A DNA stretch of 64,000 bases, taken from the NCBI RefSeq assembly GCF_006345805.1, contig NC_042998.1, positions 8,122,001 through 8,186,000 of the forward strand, read 5' to 3'. Source of the stretch: Octopus sinensis (Eukaryota). Within the stretch, counting starts at the first letter, position 1. Every line of letters starts with the position of its first letter. Made by a program: the position numbers and the translations under genes. Shown piece by piece: positions 27,150-39,318 of the stretch. The notes under the pieces are model-generated. The model worked only from the letters and a program-made list of their open reading frames with translations, ran no database searches and was not told the DNA's origin.

Positions 27150-27562
27150 GGCGCAGGAGTGGCTGTGTGGTAAGTAGCTTGCTAACCAACCACATGGTTC
27201 CGGGTTCAGTCGCACTGCGTAGCATCTTGGGCAAGTGTCTTCTACTATAGCCTCGGGCCGACCAAAGCCTTGTGAGTGGATTTGGTAGACGGAAACTGAA
27301 AGAAGCCCGTCGTATATATGTATATATATATGCGTGTGTGTGTTTGTGTGTCTGTGTTTGTCCCCCTAGCATTGCTTGACAATCGATGCTGGTGTGTTTA
27401 TGTCCCCGTTACTTAGCGGTTCGGCAAAAGAGACCGATAGAATAAGTACTAGGCTTACAAAAGATAAGTCCCGGGATCGAGTTGCTCGATTAAAGGCGGT
27501 GCTCCAGCATGGCCGCAGTCAAATGAATGAAACAAGTAAAAGAGTAAAAGAGAGAGTAAAGA

Positions 27563-27563
<1 letters not shown>
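27150..27563 (+). mobile_element. SINE family B, full length
   Basis: tRNA-like head (TGGCTGTGTGG A-box-like, GGTTCAGTC B-box-like), CCTTGGGCAAG core-like motif, tail GGCGGTGCTCCAGCATGGCC. Confidence 0.88.
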
Positions 27564-27599
<36 letters not shown>

Positions 27600-27603
<4 letters not shown>

Positions 27604-28821
27604 TTTGTCCCAAAAGTTCGTAAACACTTGTGAAAATTTGAATTTTTATGCAATTTTTAATTGTTTGTTTGGGTTTATATTGTTATAGTTACCTTCATCT
27701 TTATATTCCAGATGCCCATGAATAAAATTGAGCTGCGACTTTTGATTCGTTACTGCTGGAAGCGAGGTCTTTCAACCAGAAAAGCTGCAGAAGAGACTTG
27801 TGCTGCCGAAGGTGAAGGAACAATTGCATATGCGGCGATCTCAAAGTGGTACAAGCGTTTCGATTCTGGCGACATGACTCTTGAAGATAAGCCTCGTTCG
27901 GGACGGCCGTTAAAGTTAGATGATGGAGACTTACAAACCGGGTTGAACATTGCGCCTTCATCGAGTACTCGAGAATTGGCTGATGAGCCTGGAGTTGGCA
28001 AATCAACAATTCACCGACACTTGAGGCAACTTGATTTTGTTCACAAAAAGCCGCGCCAAGATCCACACGAACTCACCGAAGCACAAGCCAACAGACGAGT
28101 TGAAATTTACCGTCAATTGCTCAGCAATCCATTGGACGGCTGGTTTTGGAAGCGCTTTGTGACTTCGGACGAGAAATGGGTCTATCTGGTCCAGCACAAT
28201 CGAGACAAGCGATGGGTTCAGAAAGGGCAAGAGACACCGTCGGTATCAAACCAAGATCGATTCGGCAAGAAAGTCATGTTGTGCGTTTGGTGGAACTTTG
28301 AAGGAATCGTGCATTTTGAGTTGGTTCCGAGTGGTCATGCCATCAGTGCCGAACTTTACTGTCAGCAACTGGAGCGGGTCTACGAAATGTTGAAGCAAAA
28401 GTACCCGGCTCTGATCAACCGAAAGCGCGCTTTGATGCAGCAGGACAATGCCAAGCCACACACCGACTGGAAGACCAAAGACAAGTTTGAAGAGATGGCC
28501 GGCGTTGAGGTTCTGCCACATCCAGCCTACAGTCCTGACTGTGCTCCATCAGATTACGGCCTTTTCCGCTCAATGCAACACTTTCTTAAGGGCCGCCGAT
28601 TCGACTCGTTTAATGAAGTCGAGGAAGCGTGTCATATATTCTTTGATTCAAAGCCGGCTGAATGGTACTTTGACCTGATTCGACAGCTTGCAGATCGATG
28701 GCAGAAAGTCTTGGAAAATAATGGTCTTTATTTTGAGGAATAATTTTTGCTGTTTTTGTTAGTACTTGGCGAGTAAAAATTCAATTTTCGCAAGTGTTTA
28801 CGAACTTTTGGGACAACCTAA
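27600..28821 (+). mobile_element. Full-length mariner DNA transposon inserted in (TA)n
   Basis: TIRs of about 40 bp, TTAGGTTGTCCCAAAAGTTCGTAAACACTTG(C/T)GAAAATT (left TIR has 2 terminal mismatches); TA flanks at 27598-27599 and 28822-28823. Confidence 0.93.
27712..28743 (+). CDS. Mariner-family transposase, 343 aa from first ATG, intact ORF
   Basis: N-terminal HTH region, PHELT motif, VTSDEKW / QDNAKPH / YSPDCAPSDY catalytic motifs. Confidence 0.93.
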   Translation: MPMNKIELRLLIRYCWKRGLSTRKAAEETCAAEGEGTIAYAAISKWYKRFDSGDMTLEDKPRSGRPLKLDDGDLQTGLNIAPSSSTRELADEPGVGKSTIHRHLRQLDFVHKKPRQDPHELTEAQANRRVEIYRQLLSNPLDGWFWKRFVTSDEKWVYLVQHNRDKRWVQKGQETPSVSNQDRFGKKVMLCVWWNFEGIVHFELVPSGHAISAELYCQQLERVYEMLKQKYPALINRKRALMQQDNAKPHTDWKTKDKFEEMAGVEVLPHPAYSPDCAPSDYGLFRSMQHFLKGRRFDSFNEVEEACHIFFDSKPAEWYFDLIRQLADRWQKVLENNGLYFEE

Positions 28822-30819
28822 TATATATATAGTTTACTTTTCCGTTATAGATAGGCCTGGGGCAAAAGAAATAATCCATCCAGTAAGAGATAAATATCAT
28901 TTCATATACACCGGTTAGATCTTGGTTTTCTTACTTTGCTTTGCTTTATTCACGTTACACTCTTTGTAGCAACTTTCTTCCCTGACTACTTAAAAATGGG
29001 ACATGTCGGTCTAGAAAATCATTGGATCATTACGGATAGGATAACTTTGAACATAAGTTAGCTCAAACAGAGCTGACCTGACACTAAACTACAACATCGA
29101 CTTGTAAATAGGCTGTGTATATGGCAATAAGGCATATCGAAGGATACCGAGCGTCTAAACGTTCGTACGATTCGCCAAAATTTAAAAATTAATTCTGATC
29201 CAACATATAACCAGAAAGAAGGTTCACATCTGGAACGCATTATTCATAGGTTTGCACGATCAGTATTGCCTCAGGCCAAACATGTGTAATTCACAACAGA
29301 AATGAAGGGTCAAAACGAACTGCTAGTGGCTAAAGAGATCCAAACAATGCTTTCTATGTGATTGCTATTCATATCATTGTCTGTGCTCTGGAGTAAACAT
29401 AGTAAAATTATTTATATATTCTATACCGACAAGCGTTGCCCAAACACGAGTGCCGTCGCTATAAAGTAGGATGTTTTCGTAGTTGCGTCGTTATCGCCAG
29501 CTGGGAAATGTTAGCCATTCACCGACTGGCGTGTAAAGAATTTGACAAGGAGAAGAGCTTTGAAATTTCCTTTGTTGTTTGGTAAATATTAATAGAAATA
29601 ATGTTAACTTCGTCTGTTCTTTCTTAATACAATGAACTTCTTTAATTACATTCATGACAAGGAAATGGCAGAATCTCAGAGCCGTATTTGATGTAGCTCT
29701 CTGCAGTCTGAGTTCGACTTCCACCGAAGACAAGTCTGCATCTTATCGTTTCGGGTCAATAGAATAATGCAGCAATCCAGGAAGGTAGACTGGTAGAATT
29801 GTTAGAATGTCGGAGGAAACGTCTTGTGTTTATTCCGATTCCTAGCCTTACATTCTGAGTTACTGAATAGAAAACATAACATGTTGTCCAGTTTTCAACT
29901 ACCTTCTGTTCTGTTGATGCCTTTTAGCAGATTTGTCTGGCAAAACTTCGAGACAGGTCTCCGGTATAAGGATAACTTCTTCCTTCCCCCTTACCAATCT
30001 CAAAGGCTCTGAAATAAAGTAACAGGTCACGAGATCTGTCCTTCCCTCTCTAACTAAACGGTAAAAATGTTAGCGAAGAAAAGGGAGCTCAGTTCCCATG
30101 ATCTTTGATGACCGTCCCAGACTTATACGACTGATGTTGCCGATGCACAGCATGAACAGCTGCAACACTGCAAAAATTGTTGCATGCTTAAGTAACACTG
30201 CTTTTGATCTGAATATTGGCAACAATATAAATTCCACTGAAGTCATCTATGAACTAAATGCTGGTGTTAAATCTCATTTAATCTTTAATTTTATTTGTTT
30301 GTTTATTTTTGTCTAGTTAAAATAAATTTTGCTAAAATATTATGTTAATCTAACCCCCACATGTACTATTATCCCCATGGTGCCAGTTTGAATCCATAAA
30401 ACATATACAGACCTACAAACGGTTGTATGGATTTCTGTAAATGCGATAGAAACTCTATATGCTAGTATTAATCAGCAGTGGTGCACGTTTTCCTCACTGT
30501 AAAAGAATGTAAATGACATCTGCCTAAGCATGTATGTACTAAATGCGTGGTATGCAACGTTCTACATCAACTGCTGATATGGACTTAGTGATATCATTTT
30601 TATTACTTTATTCCTGATAACCAAACAACATATTCACATTTTATCTGAAAAATCAGTCTAATTCTGGTTATTTTTAAATTTTATATTCTTCATATATAAG
30701 ATAAAAGGAAATTTGTTTCAATGAAATTATTTCATGAAACTATGGAACCTGGAGGTCGCTTTGATAGCCTATTTATATTATACTGGCTATCTAACTGAAT
30801 ATGTTGCACTGTGTGCCTT

Positions 30820-31360
30820 TTCATCTGAAAAATTTTTTCTAACTAGAAAGGTTATGGCCTGGTCACCCTCTAATGATATGCATAAGATCTGGTTATCAAA
30901 TCTAAGTAGAGATTTCAAACTTAAAATCTTCAAAGCCACAATCGAACCAATTCTGCTATATGGCTCAGAGACCTGGACGTTATCAAAGAAGCTTGAGAGG
31001 CAGTTGGGTGGAACTTACACTTGCCGCCTTATGAGAGCTCAAAATCTCTCGTAGAAGCGTCATCCAACCAAAGTACAAATATATGGGAAACTACCACATG
31101 TGTCATCTCTTGAGAAAGGTAGGAGAGTCCAGTTTGCTGGACATTGTTGTAGAGCTGAAAAAGAGGTAATTTCTACTCTTCTCCTCTGGAAGCCATCTAC
31201 CCGCGATACCAGAGGGCGCACACTATCCTACCCTGATGTAATCTCCAGGGATACAGGCATCCAACAACAGGACCTCCGTAATGCTATGATGGGCCGTGAA
31301 GTCTGGCGTAACATAGTAAATTCCATTGTCTCGACCACGGTCGAACAATGATGATGATAA
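30820..31360 (+). mobile_element. 5'-truncated RTE-clade LINE 3' end (pseudogenised)
   Basis: KIFKATIEPILLYGSETWTL and RRVQFAGHC motifs; internal stop; tail GTCGAACAA(TGA)n. Confidence 0.85.
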
Positions 31361-32227
31361 TGCCTTGGGTTATTTGTCCATGAGTATTATGAAAAGTATA
31401 TCAGTTACGTTTTAACATCGCACGGCAGAGTTTACGATAGAATATTATATAACGCAGCTCGCTAGTGTGTTGGGTATGAAACTAGTCGGAATAGCAAAAG
31501 ATATGACTCCAAACTAAATATACATGGTTCCTATATATTACGCTAGATTATTAAAAGCAATATCAGAAATATATCTATTTGTGAATTTTAGCAGTTGTTC
31601 CGGAAGTATAATATAACAACGGATCGGTTATGCTTTTCAATCTCTTGCATATAACAGTACAATTTTATGATAAATATGTTTATGACTACAAACTGTCATA
31701 CCTTGGTGTCATATAATTTGTTTTGACAAAATGCAGTTTTACATTGCATGACGATTATTGGAGAGATCTGTCATTCAACTCATTGAGAGTTCCTAACAAA
31801 AAGAAAAAAAATTATCACTACTTTTTATTTATTTATTTGTAATATATCCATCTAAGAGGGAAATTTTTAATTCATAAAGTATTTTTCTAATGTATTTATT
31901 CATTTATTTATTTTGCAAGAGCTCGAGTGCAGCAACCTTTAATTGCACATTTAATAGCTTGATTACATTATAACAACTTCCTTGATCGATGTGCAAAAGC
32001 ATTGAGGGGATTTTAGAAATATTCCTCATTTCCTACTGTCGTTGTTGTTGGTGCTGTTATTATTGATGATGAAGTGGTGGTTGTTGTTGATGACGTTGTT
32101 ACTGCAGCTACAATTGTTTTTGCTTTTCAGTGGTTGCTGCTGCTTTTGTTGTTGTTGCTGTAATTATCGCTTTTGTTGCTACTGCTGTTGTTTTCTTCTT
32201 CTTCTTCTCCAATCAAGTCTCCCGCCA

Positions 32228-32680
32228 TTAGTCACAAAGAATAATATCTAATTCGAGCCTACTCTAAGCTACTAAGAATGCGTGCGGCAACTTAAAGATC
32301 CACCCGCCTCACGCTATAGACTGGCGGTTGCACGGGTGCGAAAGCTACATTCTTATCCTCATTCCATAAACGGTTGCTTTTAACGGGTGGAGAGCTGAAC
32401 CATCCTGGGGTACAGAGGATTCACAATTTAGACTAGGGTCTGAAAGTTTACCACACCATAGTGGGTTACACCATGGTTCCTCTGTTTTGTGGCAGAAGTA
32501 GGAAGAAAGAGTGAGAGAAAGTTGTGGGGAAAGAGTACAGCGGGGTTCACCACCCACCCCCGCCGGGGCCTCATGGAGCTTAGGTGGTTTTGCTCAATAA
32601 ACACTCACAATGCCTGGTCTGGGAATCGAAACCGCGTTCTTACGACCGCGAGTCCGCCGCCCTAACCACTGGGCCATTGC
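32228..32680 (-). mobile_element. tRNA-derived SINE family C (head GGCGCAATGGCCCAGTGG), tail type 1
   Basis: Head and core match the 54980 copy; tail matches the 56339 copy. Confidence 0.85.
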
Positions 32681-33517
32681 TGCTGTCTATGCCATTGGTG
32701 TTGCTCCTATTATTATCGCTGTCGCGGCTACAGTTTCTGTTTGACTCTAACCACAGCAGAACAACAAACAAACACATTCCAATTTAGAAAGTTTTACCTT
32801 TTCTACAGTCGCAGTATTCCCTTCTAAAGCCGCATAATACAATGCAAAATCACATTCATCATTGGTAAGATATGAACGAACGACACTTTGACTGCTCTTT
32901 CTTGCAAGGCGACCAAATGTGTAAGTGATTCAGCGTTGGTTCGATATTACTCATCTTGAAAACATGGTTATAACAAAAGATGGCTGCAAATCACAATTGA
33001 GGTAGTATGTTCGTAATAGGAAGTAATAATTTGAGCATCATTTAAAATATTATATGCAAACGCTCACGTTGTTAACTGGTTCAAACTATTCTAAACTGCG
33101 CTGCAGATGGAGGTATCGTTTACGAAACCTTACTCAAATTTAAGCAGAAGAATGATTATTTCCACATAGCTGTGCATTTATTCATTGTACTGATGCATAC
33201 ACAAATAGCAAAAAGCTGCATCATCGGTTTGCATTGTAGGTTTTCTGACAAATAGCAAAGAAATTTGTGTGCGAAGTTTAATCACTGTTAAGAAACATCT
33301 CTAGTTACATATACAGTCAACAACATACACACACATATATATATAGCCATAGATACATATATGCAAACTGACACTTACGCACAACACATCTACGCATTAT
33401 ATATATACATATATATGTGTATATATATATTATATATATATATATATATACATACATACATATATGTGTGTGTGGTATACATACACATATATACATACAT
33501 ATATATATAATATTATA

Positions 33518-33609
<92 letters not shown>

Positions 33610-33612
33610 ATA

Positions 33613-33850
33613 ATATTAGGGAATAAATCCAAATTACAGGGAAAAATCAGATTTAGGATTAAATCGATTTTATAGTAAAATATATAAATATTATTAGAGA
33701 CAAAACCACTATTTTGCCAAACAAACAAGGAAAGACTTAATCAATACATAAAATTTTAATAATTTTGGATATTTATTAAAATTTTATGTATGATTAAGTC
33801 TTTCCTTGTTGTTTTGCAAAATAGTGGTTTTGTCTCTAATAATATTTTAT
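33613..33850. repeat. Short (TA)n-flanked element ending in a fold-back with arms of about 77 bp
   Basis: 33686-33762 is the reverse complement of 33773-33848; 10-nt spacer. Confidence 0.8.
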
Positions 33851-33869
33851 ATATAATATATATATATAT

Positions 33870-34150
33870 GTAGGTCCCGGGTTGATCCGGGGTTAACCAC
33901 AGTAAGTAGGTACTCAATACATAGCAGAGAGTAAAATTAATTTTTATATAGAAGGAGCTTCTACAGGACTAGTACTGTTTCATTCAAGAGAAATCTTCAG
34001 GAAGCTATTTACAAGAATTGTATAGCATTTATACATTTAGGCAGGTTAAAGGAGTGGTGGTGGGGACTTTTTTGGGGTAGGCATAGCGCAAATATCAACT
34101 CTGGGGGAGTGGTTCAAGGAGTCAGTGGTAAGTTAGATGAAAGAATAGAT
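33870..34150 (-). mobile_element. HHR-bearing PLE-like fragment; inverted partner at 35755-35982
   Basis: 33925-34150 is the reverse complement of about 35755-35982, with small indels. Confidence 0.7.
33956..34006 (-). ncRNA. Type I hammerhead ribozyme
   Basis: Minus strand AGCTTC-CTGAAGA-T TTC TCTT GAA T-GAAA-CAG TACTAGTC CTG-TA-GAAGCT; GUA cleavage site; palindromic ACTAGT in loop III. Confidence 0.72.
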
Positions 34151-34199
34151 AAATAAAAAAATAAAATAAAAAAATAAAAAAATAAAAAAATAAAAATAA

Positions 34200-34319
34200 A
34201 AAAATAAAAAAATAAAATACATAAACACATATACATACACACACACATACGTACACAGTGTGCCTATACATACCTACACATACACACATACATACATAAT
34301 ATATATATATACATATATT

Positions 34320-34366
<47 letters not shown>

Positions 34367-34819
34367 CACAATCAATACAGGCCATTCCCTAATTTTAATT
34401 TATTATCTTCATTTATTACTTTGTTATCTTTGATCGCTAGGGCTAAGGATCCTGGCGATGGCAGCATGTCAAAGTCTGTCTACTAGAAGGCAAGTACTCG
34501 TTCCCGCACGCACACTCATTAGCACGTACATACACCCTTCGTACACTCATACACATACACGTACGCACGCGTTATATTCATACATACAAAATCTACATAC
34601 GTCACGATATACACCATACGTACTCGTACCTACAGATTCATGTCTACACTTAGGAGGCTAGTCTGTATATATATACACCAATAAATATACATATATATAT
34701 ATTATAATATATATATATATTACATATACACAACACACACACACATATATATACTCCTACATACAGATACATACCCATATATATATACATATACACACAC
34801 ATACATATATATTATACAT

Positions 34820-34850
<31 letters not shown>

Positions 34851-35068
34851 CATACATACAAACACACACATATAATACACACACATACATACACATATAT
34901 ATACATACACAAACATATATACACACATATATATATATATATACATATATACACACTACATACACACACCTACATACATATACACACAAACACATACATA
35001 CGTAAACATACATACATACATCCATACATCCATACTTACATGCATTTATACGCATACATACACCCCCA

Positions 35069-35105
<37 letters not shown>

Positions 35106-35750
35106 ATATATATATAATATATATAACACACTCACACATACATATACAAATATACGCCCACACATACATACATACACGTATACGCATACACGCACATACA
35201 CATTACATGCGTACCCATACACGTGCACACACGCACATGCATCCATATATATACACACACACACACATATATACACGTGTGCAAGCATACATACATACTC
35301 ATACACGCACACATACTTACATATACATATATGCACACACTTACACACATATTATACATCACAATATACATGCATACATACATATATGCATACATACACA
35401 TACACGCACATACAAATATACACATGCGTACCCATACACGTGCACGCACGCACGCGCATCCATATATACACACACACACACATATATATATACACGTGTG
35501 CAAGCAACATACATACTCATACACGCACACAACTTACATATACATATATGCACACACTACACACATATAACATACACATATACATGCATACATACATATA
35601 TGCATACATACACACACGCGCTCATATACAACATATATATATATATATATATATATTATTACATATATACACATATATATATATATACATATATACACAA
35701 ACATATATATACACATATACACATACACATACATGCACACCTACCTATTT
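34200..35750. repeat. Low-complexity (CA/TA) region with an internal tandem duplication of about 220 bp
   Basis: CATGCGTACCCATACACGTGCAC recurs at about 35207 and 35424. Confidence 0.75.
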
Positions 35751-35754
35751 TTAT

Positions 35755-35982
35755 TATATTATCTATTCTTTCATCTAACTTACCATGACTCCTTGACCAC
35801 TCCCCCAAGTATGATATTTTGCGCTATGCCTACCCCCAAAAAAGTCCCCCACCACCACTCCTTTAACCTGCCAATGTAAAATGCTAATAAATTCTTGTTA
35901 ATAGCTCCTGAAGATTCTCTTGATATGAACAGTACTAGTCCTGTAGAAGCTCCTTCTATATAAATTAATTTTACTCTGCTAT
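35755..35982 (+). mobile_element. Inverted partner of the 33870-34150 element, with an indel-damaged HHR (about 35903-35951)
   Basis: AGCTC-CTGAAGA-TTCTCTTGATAT-GAA-CAGTACTAGTCCTG-TA-GAAGCT. Confidence 0.65.
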
Positions 35983-36128
35983 ATATATATATATATATAT
36001 ATTATATATGTAATATATATATATGTATATATTATATCTATATATATGTATAATATATATATATATATGTATGATGTATATATATATATATATGTATATA
36101 TATATAGTATATATATATATATATATGT

Positions 36129-36162
<34 letters not shown>

Positions 36163-36170
36163 TATGTATG

Positions 36171-36217
<47 letters not shown>

Positions 36218-36407
36218 GTATATATATATTATTATATATATATATATATATAATATATATAACATACAGGCATACATACATATATATATAAAATTAGTGT
36301 ACATTTAACACAAAAGAGGTGACCCTAACAGGACACAGGCAAAATCCAAACCACGGTTAGGAGCAATTTCGAAGGGAATGAAAAATAAAAATATTTACAA
36401 TATTTAC

Positions 36408-36480
36408 CTCCTGTACCTAAGTTTCGAACTTTAATTAACAAATAAAACAATTTGTTAGGCGAAGGTCTCATCAGCGGGAG
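36408..36480 (-). ncRNA. Type I hammerhead ribozyme, partly degenerate, in PLE-like remnant 36292-36530
   Basis: Minus strand CTCCCG-CTGATGA-GACC..AGTTC-GAAA-CTTAGG-TA-CAGGAG; one mismatch each in stems I and II. Confidence 0.6.
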
Positions 36481-36553
36481 CGCCAGAAATTAACATATAA
36501 TTATGAGACAAAATAGCATATGTCTCATCTGTATATAATAATTTTTCAAATCC

Positions 36554-36554
<1 letters not shown>

Positions 36555-36633
<79 letters not shown>
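36555..36633. repeat. (GATA)n microsatellite
   Basis: Direct inspection. Confidence 0.9.
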
Positions 36634-37440
36634 TTACATATTTATGTATGTAGGGAGAGAGTGATTTGGTAAAGTTGAAAACATAGTCTTAATTTTTTTA
36701 TACATCTTACAACAATGAGAAATTGTATTGGAAAATTACATGAAGCATTACTTTTTCATCTTATTCATGTATAAGAACGAGAAAGAGTGAAGTAATATTT
36801 GTAGGCTATTTGTGAGGCTATACCTCACGTAGGTATTAAACTACCCAGCTTTTTATATAATTTCACTGCAGTTAGCATTAGAAACGATGCTTTTAGATAA
36901 ACAGATGCCAACTTGGGAAGCGGAGTAAAAAAAAAAGGATGATGATGATGATAATGACTACGAAGCACGTTTCTCTAAACCCATTGCCTGCTACGGGCTC
37001 CATTTGCGGATCTGCTAAAAACAGTGTCACTGCCGGTTGTTCGTTGAATTTAAAGTGAATTTCATGTGTACATTGCATTTTCAGAGGTGTGTTTAACAAT
37101 GTTTAGTAGTTAAAGAGGACATTTTATATCATAAATCGCAATTTTCGAACTACAAATATATTGATTGTTTTTAAAATGTTTTCTTTATATTTTTTGCATT
37201 TCCTATCCATAACATTCGTTAATATTTCATACATATTCGCATTTTATACTATCGTAAAAAAAAAACACTAAAATGCTTATTATTGCATTTGAATAGAAAA
37301 GAATAAACATGTTTTTTTTTTTAGCGATCCCTATTTGGGACTTTTCGAAAATGTATCATAATTTCTAAAATAATTCAGAATTACGGAGATGTACTTGCAT
37401 AGCAAGTGATTTGATCTGAGATCGTGTGCTGAAACGAAAA

Positions 37441-37562
37441 CAATTGCAGCGTGGAAGGTGTTTGTAAGCCATTTAAGAAACACACGAAAGCCGTTCGATT
37501 CACTTCGAACGGTTTTTGTGTGCTTCTTAAATGGCTTACAAACACCTTCCACGCTGCAATTG
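37441..37562. repeat. Near-perfect 122-nt palindrome (58-bp arms, 6-nt loop)
   Basis: CAATTGCAGCGTGGAAGGTG...CCGTTCGA TTCACT TCGAACGG...CACCTTCCACGCTGCAATTG. Confidence 0.88.
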
Positions 37563-37860
37563 GAAAATAATTCACATATGAAGAAAATTTAAATACTATA
37601 TATTATTTCATCTCCTAAGACACCTGGCAAACCCCAAAATCATGAATGAAATATTCGGCAGTTAATGGGTTAATCTATGGATTGTAGATAAGACGCCATT
37701 TAACTAATCAATAAGATAATATTAGTTCACTAGATTTTTTTATAGATTTTTTGGAGTTTAAATATTTCGGTACCAATTAGTGGAAAAATAAGAAGGAACT
37801 TCTTGCAAGAAACACTACAATATTAAGCGCAAACACGTACAAGATATCATATCTATATTG

Positions 37861-37954
<94 letters not shown>

Positions 37955-38136
37955 TGTGTGTGTTTGTGTGTGTGTGTATACAAATACATACATTCACGCA
38001 TGCACACACACACACACACATATATATTATATATATATATATATATGCAGATACACATAGGCAACCACAAACATGAGTGTATACACAGACACGAACACTC
38101 GCGCACACAGATATCTATATCTATCTATCTATCTAT

Positions 38137-38256
<120 letters not shown>

Positions 38257-38673
38257 GTAAGATGGTTAAATAACGAAGGTAAACAACGCAGATTAATTTA
38301 ATTACTTCGTTCATCACACGCATTTTCAGTACTTCAGTAATACCTTAGAGAGAGCTAGGATACAAAACGGAATATCAGCCGTCTCTTGGGTATTATTGGC
38401 GTGCGCGTAAATGATGAAATTATTAAATTAATGTTTTGTTTTCCTTTGTTATTTAATCATAATATTTTGGTCCATTGTCATTACAACCTGTACACCTGCG
38501 TCTTATGAACACACAGCCACACCTACAGAGACACACACGTACACACATATATAAATACATATATATATATATAGGCATACATAGACATTGCGAGTCTAAT
38601 GAACTGGTGTAGAATCATACAACTCATTACAACCCAACTAACACAGTTGATATATATATATATGTGTGTGAGC

Positions 38674-38726
<53 letters not shown>

Positions 38727-38838
38727 TATATTCATATATATATTCATATATATGTGTACACACACACGTGCATACACACAGATGCACACATACACGCACA
38801 CATATACATGTGTGTGTATGCACATATATGTAATTGGA

Positions 38839-38894
<56 letters not shown>

Positions 38895-38989
38895 AACATT
38901 AGTTGGAGTGTAATAAGATGTATGGTTCTACACCAGTTCATTAGTCTCGCAATGTCTAAGCGAAATATATATATATATTTTTTTTTAAT

Positions 38990-39275
38990 TTTATTTTATT
39001 TTATCTAGTTTCAGCTCACGAGCTGTGGCCATGCTGAGGCACCGCCATTTGATGTTGCTACATGATTTTACTTCACGAATGCTTTTTAGCAACTGTCATT
39101 TGGTGCATGAGAGAGTTCGATGCAGCTGCCCTCATCTGCACCTCCTGCCGTGAAGTTGGTTCATCTGGGACACCTGACAGGAAGAGATCCAGTTTTATTT
39201 TAAAGACATCTGCATCCACCCCATGCAGGTCTCTCAGGTTCTTCGGGAGGATATTGAAGAGCTGTGGGCCTCTGA
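38990..39275 (-). mobile_element. CR1-clade LINE 3' fragment, same family as 26205-26817
   Basis: FRGPQLFNILPKNLRDLHGVDADVFK...; same 3' UTR. Confidence 0.85.
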
Positions 39276-39280
39276 ATATA

Positions 39281-39309
<29 letters not shown>

Positions 39310-39318
<9 letters not shown>

